Shown here one piece after another: positions 58,721 to 64,000 of a stretch of 64,000 nucleotides of DNA (the stretch's first letter is position 1; every line of letters starts with the position of its first letter). The position numbers were made by a program, and so were the translations under genes. The DNA lies in the NCBI GenBank assembly GCA_963668315.1, contig OY764216.1, positions 2,464,001 through 2,528,000 of the forward strand, written 5' to 3'. This stretch comes from Spirochaetia bacterium. Its GTDB lineage: Bacteria; Spirochaetota; Spirochaetia; DSM-2461. The notes beneath the pieces are model-generated. The model did no database searches and had not been told where the DNA came from. It saw only the letters and a list, made by a program, of their open reading frames with translations.

Positions 58721-59911
58721 ATGACTGCCGACTACAATCGTTCAACGCTCAATGTACTTGCTTCGGTTCTTGCCAATTTCGGGGGAAAAAGTCCCCATCC
58801 GTCCCTTGCCGAACTGGATTCCCTTATGAAAGAACCCTATGACCATATCATTTTCATGGTCTTCGACGGACTGGGGCAGTCCTTTGTGGAACGTTATTCC
58901 GGAGAGTTGAATCTTCCGGAGGGTATGAAAAATCTGCCCCTCTCCACCGTCTTCCCCCCCACGACAGCGGCGGCCATGACGACTCTCTATACCGGCTCTT
59001 CCCCCCGGGAGCACGGCTATCTGGGATGGAGCCTCTGGTTTGAGGAGCTGGAGGACCGGTACGTGAATGTCCTTCCCGGAACGGACAGCAGGACGAACCG
59101 GACGGTGGTGGGCTCCCCCCGGGATATCTACGACATTATGCCCCTGGATCCCTTCACCCGGAAGCTCAGGGCGGCCGATGAGGATCTATCCCTCTATTTC
59201 GTATCCCCCCGGGCCTTTCAGGAGAGCCGCTATACCCTGGCAGCCTGCGGTCCGGCAAAGATGGTCCCCTACAAGCGGTTCAAGGATATGATTCGGGCGA
59301 CGGCCTCTTCGGTCAGAAAAAGCCGGCACGGCCGTTCCTACACCATGGTGTATAATGTGGACCCCGACAAGTTTCTCCATCCCGAAGGAGTGGATACAAA
59401 CCACCTGAAGGATTTCATGACCATTCTGGGAGACCAGCTCCGAAAGCTGATTCAGCGGATAGAAGGGACGAACACCCTTCTTCTGGTGACGGCCGATCAC
59501 GGGATGACAGGCATGGACAGCTATTATGTCCTCAAGGAGGGGGAGGAGCTTTTCTCCCTGCTCAAACGCCCCCCCTTTCCCGAGTCCCGCATGCTCTCCT
59601 TTCATGTGAAGGATGGAATGAAAGAGCAGTTCAGGGAGCGGTTCAACCGGCTGCTCGGTGAGGATTTTCTTCTTATGGAGGGGGACACCTTCAGAAAGGA
59701 GGGCTGGCTGGGACCCGAACTTCCGGGAGTGGAGAGCCACGGCCGGCTTGATAAACTGATCGGGGACTACATTGCCGTTGCCACAGGGCGGCGGGGCATA
59801 AAATATGAATCGGAGAAGGGGAAGTCGTCGCCCCTCTTCAAGGCCCATCACGCCGGTATGACTCCGGTCGAGATGGAAGTTCCTCTGCTCTATTACTCCG
59901 CCCGCAGATAA
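58721..59911 (+). CDS. alkaline phosphatase superfamily nucleotide pyrophosphatase/phosphodiesterase
   Basis: VFDGLG, TVFPPTT nucleophile region, DKFLH, TADHG, HHAG. Confidence 0.88.
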   Translation: MTADYNRSTLNVLASVLANFGGKSPHPSLAELDSLMKEPYDHIIFMVFDGLGQSFVERYSGELNLPEGMKNLPLSTVFPPTTAAAMTTLYTGSSPREHGYLGWSLWFEELEDRYVNVLPGTDSRTNRTVVGSPRDIYDIMPLDPFTRKLRAADEDLSLYFVSPRAFQESRYTLAACGPAKMVPYKRFKDMIRATASSVRKSRHGRSYTMVYNVDPDKFLHPEGVDTNHLKDFMTILGDQLRKLIQRIEGTNTLLLVTADHGMTGMDSYYVLKEGEELFSLLKRPPFPESRMLSFHVKDGMKEQFRERFNRLLGEDFLLMEGDTFRKEGWLGPELPGVESHGRLDKLIGDYIAVATGRRGIKYESEKGKSSPLFKAHHAGMTPVEMEVPLLYYSARR

Positions 59912-60300
59912 GGGGCCAGCTCTTCACTGTAATGGCGGTCCACCAGAAGAATATGCTGGCAGATCCACTCTTCGAGGAGCATGAGCATATCCCCCGTGAC
60001 CTCCCTCCCCCGGGAGACGCGGTCCATCAGTTCCTTCACCTTTCCGATAAGACCTTTATGGGCGATTTTATGCTGTTCCAGCTGGGAATAGGAGTACTTC
60101 GCCAGAATCTCCTCTTCATTACCGAAGTGGTATTCCGTATATTCCAGGAGGGAGAGAAGAATTTTCTCCCCAGCCCCTTTATCCGTTCTCTCGCCCATGG
60201 CGCGGTTAAGATCGTTTATCAGGGAGAAGAGTTTTTTATGCTCCCCGTCTATGCCTCCGCTTCCCACGGAGTATTTTTCATTCCACTCTATAAGATCCAC
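59893..60300 (-). CDS. bacteriohemerythrin
   Basis: W...YSVG...IDGEH, HFGNEE, HKIAH, HILLVD di-iron ligands. Confidence 0.93.
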   Translation of the reverse strand: MDLIEWNEKYSVGSGGIDGEHKKLFSLINDLNRAMGERTDKGAGEKILLSLLEYTEYHFGNEEEILAKYSYSQLEQHKIAHKGLIGKVKELMDRVSRGREVTGDMLMLLEEWICQHILLVDRHYSEELAPYLRAE

Positions 60301-60405
60301 TTTTCCCTCTCCCGGAGATTTCCCTTTTTCCGGAACACCCTTTTATCCTGCTTTTCCGGTGGGGAGAGGGTAACGTATTTTACCCTTTTCCTCAAGGTTT
60401 TTTGC

Positions 60406-60433
60406 TTGACAAGGGAAAGATCGAAGGTATTAT
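60406..60433 (+). promoter_or_regulatory. sigma70 promoter
   Basis: TTGACA-16 bp-TATTAT upstream of GTG 60454. Confidence 0.55.
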
Positions 60434-60453
60434 TGATAGCTAAGGAAGAAACT

Positions 60454-60867
60454 GTGAAATTTACCTACGACGTACCGGGAGATGATTTTTCTCAGGCCGG
60501 ATTTGCTTCCAGCGATATCAAGAAAAAGCTAAAGCAGCTGAATGTCCCTTCTCCGGTGATCAAAAGAACGGCCGTCGCCATGTATGAAGCAGAGATCAAT
60601 ATGGTGATTCACGCCCACGGGGGAAAGGCCGAGGTGGATATCTCCCCGGAACGAATTTCCGTTGTGATGAGTGACGAGGGACCGGGAATCGAGGATCTGG
60701 AACTGGCTATGACCGAAGGGTGGTCTACGGCCAGCGAAGAGGCCCGGGAACTGGGGTTCGGCGCCGGTCTGGGCCTTCCCAATATGAAGCGTAACTCCGA
60801 CGAGTTTTCCCTGGAAAGCACCCCCGGCAAGGGGACTACGGTCAGCTTCGTTCTGCATGTGAAATAG
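60454..60867 (+). CDS. RsbT/anti-sigma-type Ser/Thr kinase (HATPase_c), hydrogenase-operon-associated type
   Basis: Start re-called at GTG 60454; YEAEINMVIHA, DEGPGI, GFGAGLGLPN. Confidence 0.9.
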   Translation: MKFTYDVPGDDFSQAGFASSDIKKKLKQLNVPSPVIKRTAVAMYEAEINMVIHAHGGKAEVDISPERISVVMSDEGPGIEDLELAMTEGWSTASEEARELGFGAGLGLPNMKRNSDEFSLESTPGKGTTVSFVLHVK

Positions 60868-60877
60868 GGGGTATCCG

Positions 60878-62194
60878 GTGGACAGCAGCGATTCAAGTCA
60901 CTCCATCGTTCTGGATCTGGACAAGTGCCAGGGCTGTACAAACTGCATAAAGCGCTGTCCGACCGAAGCTATCCGCGTCAGCCAGGGCCATGCCTACATA
61001 CTGGATAACCGCTGCATCGACTGCGGGCAGTGCGTACGAACCTGTCCCTCCCAGGCCAAACTGGCCGTGTCCGACCCCCTCTCCCTCATCCGGTCCTATA
61101 CTACGAAGATAGCCCTTGTCGCCCCCTCCTTCTATGGCCAGTTCCCCGGTACTGTACCGGTTAACAAAATACTGACAGCCGTGAAAAGCCTCGGGTTCAC
61201 CGATGTGCTGGAAGTCGCCCAGGGAGCCGATCTGGCGGCCCGGGAGGCGGAGGAGATCCTTACCTCTTCCCGAAGAGGGGAGGCGGGGCCCCTTCCCCGA
61301 ATCACCTCATCCTGCCCCGTTGTGGTGCGGCTCATCCAGAATCGTTTTCCCTCACTGCTGGAGAATCTTCTGCCCGTTGTCTCTCCCATGGAAATCACGG
61401 CGCGCATCGCCCGGACTCTCTACCCCGGCGATGATACGGGGGTTTTCTTTATCTCTCCCTGTTCGGGAAAAGTCACGGCCGTGCGTCATCCCCGGGGGCT
61501 GGAGAAAAGCGCTCTGGACGGAGTCATCGGCTTCCGGGATGTCTTCGGGGCGGTTAAAGCCTCTCTGGCCCGTATCGGGGAGCCCGAACCGCTGGCCTCG
61601 GCCTCTCCTGCCGGCCGCAAATGGGCCCGCGTCGGAGGGGAAGGGGAGGACTCATCGAAGCACTATATCTCCATCGACGGGATAGACCGGGTAATGGAGG
61701 GGCTGGAGCAGATCGAGAACGGCTCCTGGGACCGCTTCGAGCTGGTTGAGTTCATGTGCTGTCCCGGCGGCTGTCTGGGAGGTCCCCTGGCGGTCATCAA
61801 TCCCTATGAAGGGGCGGCGAATATGAAGGACCGGGAGATCTCCGGCGATCCCGATCCGGCAGGCCTCCGCAGGCTTCCCCCTTTTGCGGGAACACTGACA
61901 TGGGAGAAAATGCCTCCGCCGGTTGCGGCCTATCAGCTGGACGAAGATTTCGATAAGGCCGTCGTGCTCATGGAAAAGATGGAGGATATCCTGGGGGAAC
62001 TCCCCGGAATCGACTGCGGTTCCTGCGGTGCTCCCACCTGCCAGGCTTTCGCCGAGGACGTGGTAACCGGCCGTACCGATATAACGGGATGCGTCTTTCT
62101 GCTGCGGGAGCGGATAAAGGGGCTGACCGATCAGATGGTGGATCTTCAGAAGGTCATGCCCCCCAGTTTTCAGAAAAAGCACCGGGGAAGATAA
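60878..62194 (+). CDS. non-canonical (putative sensory, group C/D-like) [FeFe]-hydrogenase-like protein
   Basis: Two N-terminal CxxCxxCxxxCP; ITSSCP, ISPCSGK, EFMCCPGGCLGG; C-terminal LPGIDCGSCGAPTC FeS domain. Confidence 0.88.
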   Translation: MDSSDSSHSIVLDLDKCQGCTNCIKRCPTEAIRVSQGHAYILDNRCIDCGQCVRTCPSQAKLAVSDPLSLIRSYTTKIALVAPSFYGQFPGTVPVNKILTAVKSLGFTDVLEVAQGADLAAREAEEILTSSRRGEAGPLPRITSSCPVVVRLIQNRFPSLLENLLPVVSPMEITARIARTLYPGDDTGVFFISPCSGKVTAVRHPRGLEKSALDGVIGFRDVFGAVKASLARIGEPEPLASASPAGRKWARVGGEGEDSSKHYISIDGIDRVMEGLEQIENGSWDRFELVEFMCCPGGCLGGPLAVINPYEGAANMKDREISGDPDPAGLRRLPPFAGTLTWEKMPPPVAAYQLDEDFDKAVVLMEKMEDILGELPGIDCGSCGAPTCQAFAEDVVTGRTDITGCVFLLRERIKGLTDQMVDLQKVMPPSFQKKHRGR

Positions 62195-62212
62195 TTCCCC
62201 GGGCGCCGGAAC

Positions 62213-63979
62213 TCAGACAGGAAAGCTCTTGTCTTCTATGGTGCCGAGCCATTTCTCCACGGCGTTCCTTTTGATTTTCTGCGTCGTGGTCATGGCCAGG
62301 GGCTCTTCCACGATGCGCAGCCGGCTTATCCTCTTGTAGGGCAGCAGCTCCCGGTTGACCTCTTTAACGGCATGAATGATGTCCTGCCGTATTTTCTCCT
62401 CATCGAACATACCCATGGTGCGGTAGTGCTCTTCCGAAGGAAAGGCCACCATTTCGATACCCTCCGACCGGGTGGATTCGTCCATGATGTATCCGCGGAT
62501 CATAATCTGCTCTATCTGCTGGTAAAGCTGGAAGTGGTCCTCCACCTCTTCGGGAAAGACGTTTTTACCACCCTCGGTCACGATAAGGGATTTGGCCCTT
62601 CCCGTAAGGTAGAGATAATTCTCCCTGTCCAGGTAACCCATATCGCCCGTTCTCAGGTATCCGTCTTCGGTGAAGAGTTCCTTCGTGGCCTCCTCGTTCT
62701 TGTAATATCCCTTGCAGCAGATATTTCCCTTCAGAGCGATCTCTCCTATCCCGTCCTCGTCGGGGTCGAGTATTTTCATGTCCACAAGGGGAAAGACCTT
62801 ACCCACCGATTTAAGCTTGAAGTGATCCTTGGGATTCAGCGTGCTGATGGGAGCAGTTTCGGTCATACCGTATCCCTGGACAAAATCCAGTCCCAGTTCC
62901 TGGTAACGGCGGAAAGTTTCCGGTGCCAGAGGGCCGGCCCCGCAGATGAGGAATTTCACGTTGATCAGATTCGCCTTGGTGAGAAGGGTTTTGAAGAGGG
63001 CGCGGCCCACATTGATTCCCAGAACCCTTTTAAAGAAACCGGATACCCTCATCATCAGCCCTATGTAAAGATGCACCGCCAGGCCTTTGCTCCTGACCTG
63101 TTTCATCAGGCCCTTCAGTATCTTGTTGTAAAGAAGGGGGATTCCGCTGATAATGGTAACACCCCCGTCGTGGAGATCTTTCATCATGGCCCCCACTGAA
63201 AGGCTGGCGGCGAAGACACAGGTGCCGCAGTTCAGTATCGACTCGATGAATACCGAGGTAAAGCAGTAGCTGTGGTGGAGGGGAAGCAGGGCGTACCAGA
63301 TATCCTCCGTGTCCGGTCCCAGGTAATCCCTGTGGGTCGCCTGGAGGGCATCGCTCATGAAATTTTCGTGGGTGAGCATGACGCCCTTTTCATTTCCCGT
63401 TGTTCCCGATGTATAAAGTATGGCCATGAGATCGGAGCATAGGGGGGGCTCGTACTCCTTCTCTTTCCGGAAGGCCAGGTCCATGATGAAGTTATCCTTA
63501 TCCCGGTCCAGGGAGATCATCTCCTTAACGCCCGCCGCCTTCCTGTCTATCTGGCCGTACTTCTCCTTATCTATGAAGAGTATGTCCGCATCGGCGAAAT
63601 GGATCAGTCTTGTCAGGGTGGGAATATCCAGCTGGTAGTCTATGGGAACGGCAACGGCCCCGATTTCTACGATGGCGAGATAGGCAATGCCCCAGCGGGG
63701 ACTGTTTTTTCCCGTGAGAACGACGGAATCGCCCTTTTTCACCCCTTTCATAAGAAGATGCTGGGATACTCTTTTAACGTGCTCCTCAAGCTGTGAGAAG
63801 GTATAGCACTCCTCTCCCTCTTTGTGATAGGCGACAAAACCCTTCTTATCCGGATATGCGGCGGCGGTGATATGGAATATTTCCGACAGGGTAGGCCACT
63901 CTCCCTTTACTCTGTCAGGTCTGAACTGTTCAAGATAGTCCCAGGAATTATCAAAGGTATGCATGGGTTTGTCAGCCAT
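62213..63979 (-). CDS. long-chain acyl-CoA synthetase (AMP-binding)
   Basis: YTSGTTGNEKG, LPLHH, QGYGMTE, RTGD, GRAK. Confidence 0.92.
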   Translation of the reverse strand: MADKPMHTFDNSWDYLEQFRPDRVKGEWPTLSEIFHITAAAYPDKKGFVAYHKEGEECYTFSQLEEHVKRVSQHLLMKGVKKGDSVVLTGKNSPRWGIAYLAIVEIGAVAVPIDYQLDIPTLTRLIHFADADILFIDKEKYGQIDRKAAGVKEMISLDRDKDNFIMDLAFRKEKEYEPPLCSDLMAILYTSGTTGNEKGVMLTHENFMSDALQATHRDYLGPDTEDIWYALLPLHHSYCFTSVFIESILNCGTCVFAASLSVGAMMKDLHDGGVTIISGIPLLYNKILKGLMKQVRSKGLAVHLYIGLMMRVSGFFKRVLGINVGRALFKTLLTKANLINVKFLICGAGPLAPETFRRYQELGLDFVQGYGMTETAPISTLNPKDHFKLKSVGKVFPLVDMKILDPDEDGIGEIALKGNICCKGYYKNEEATKELFTEDGYLRTGDMGYLDRENYLYLTGRAKSLIVTEGGKNVFPEEVEDHFQLYQQIEQIMIRGYIMDESTRSEGIEMVAFPSEEHYRTMGMFDEEKIRQDIIHAVKEVNRELLPYKRISRLRIVEEPLAMTTTQKIKRNAVEKWLGTIEDKSFPV

Positions 63980-64000
63980 TTCGTCTCTCCTCAGGCTTTT

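Noticed and set aside
59932..60453. Apparent 174-aa N-terminal fusion on the RsbT-like kinase
   Set aside because: It is the antisense of the hemerythrin gene plus the promoter; the real start is GTG 60454.
1..64000. CRISPR arrays, rRNA, tRNA, defence systems, selenocysteine recoding
   Set aside because: No spaced repeats, cloverleaf or rRNA-like tracts, defence-family motifs or in-frame TGA read-through candidates found by eye. Intergenic gaps are mostly under 300 bp.

Overview
A gene-dense bacterial chromosomal window with about 55 CDS. I found no rRNA, tRNA, CRISPR array, transposase or integrase. The host is probably a free-living anaerobic spirochaete; this is inferred from the LFANG-type ABC solute-binding protein N-terminus, the SthK-like channel, and TolC together with GcvPA/PB. 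Main blocks: (1) 1.1-15.9 kb, an extracytoplasmic flavin-redox island. It holds a beta-barrel plus membrane AraC sensor, two Tat-lipoprotein FAD oxidoreductases flanking their own tatC-tatB-tatA, an orphan DctP coupled to a GGDEF cyclase, an unassigned lipoprotein with a flavinylation motif, a UrdA/flavocytochrome-like reductase, TetR, and a NapH-like 4Fe-4S membrane protein with a partner. (2) A GGDEF protein, GH42 beta-galactosidase and lacI-galT-galK. (3) TauE and a FecCD-type ABC importer. (4) TetR, GNAT and Aat-like genes. (5) An 833-aa cNMP-fold protein facing a CaCA antiporter, an SthK-like K+ channel with an extra FN3-like tail, and MscS. (6) gcvT, separated by about 15.5 kb from gcvH-gcvPA-gcvPB; the gap holds a HAD hydrolase, a GH127 sugar locus, a two-component system and an RND pump. 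(7) A deleted NUDIX pseudogene, an MFS-HEAT fusion, a phosphodiesterase, a hemerythrin divergent from an RsbT-like kinase plus a non-canonical [FeFe]-hydrogenase-like protein, and an acyl-CoA ligase. The best candidate for an undescribed system is the flavin-redox island. All calls come from motif recognition by eye; no database search was run.
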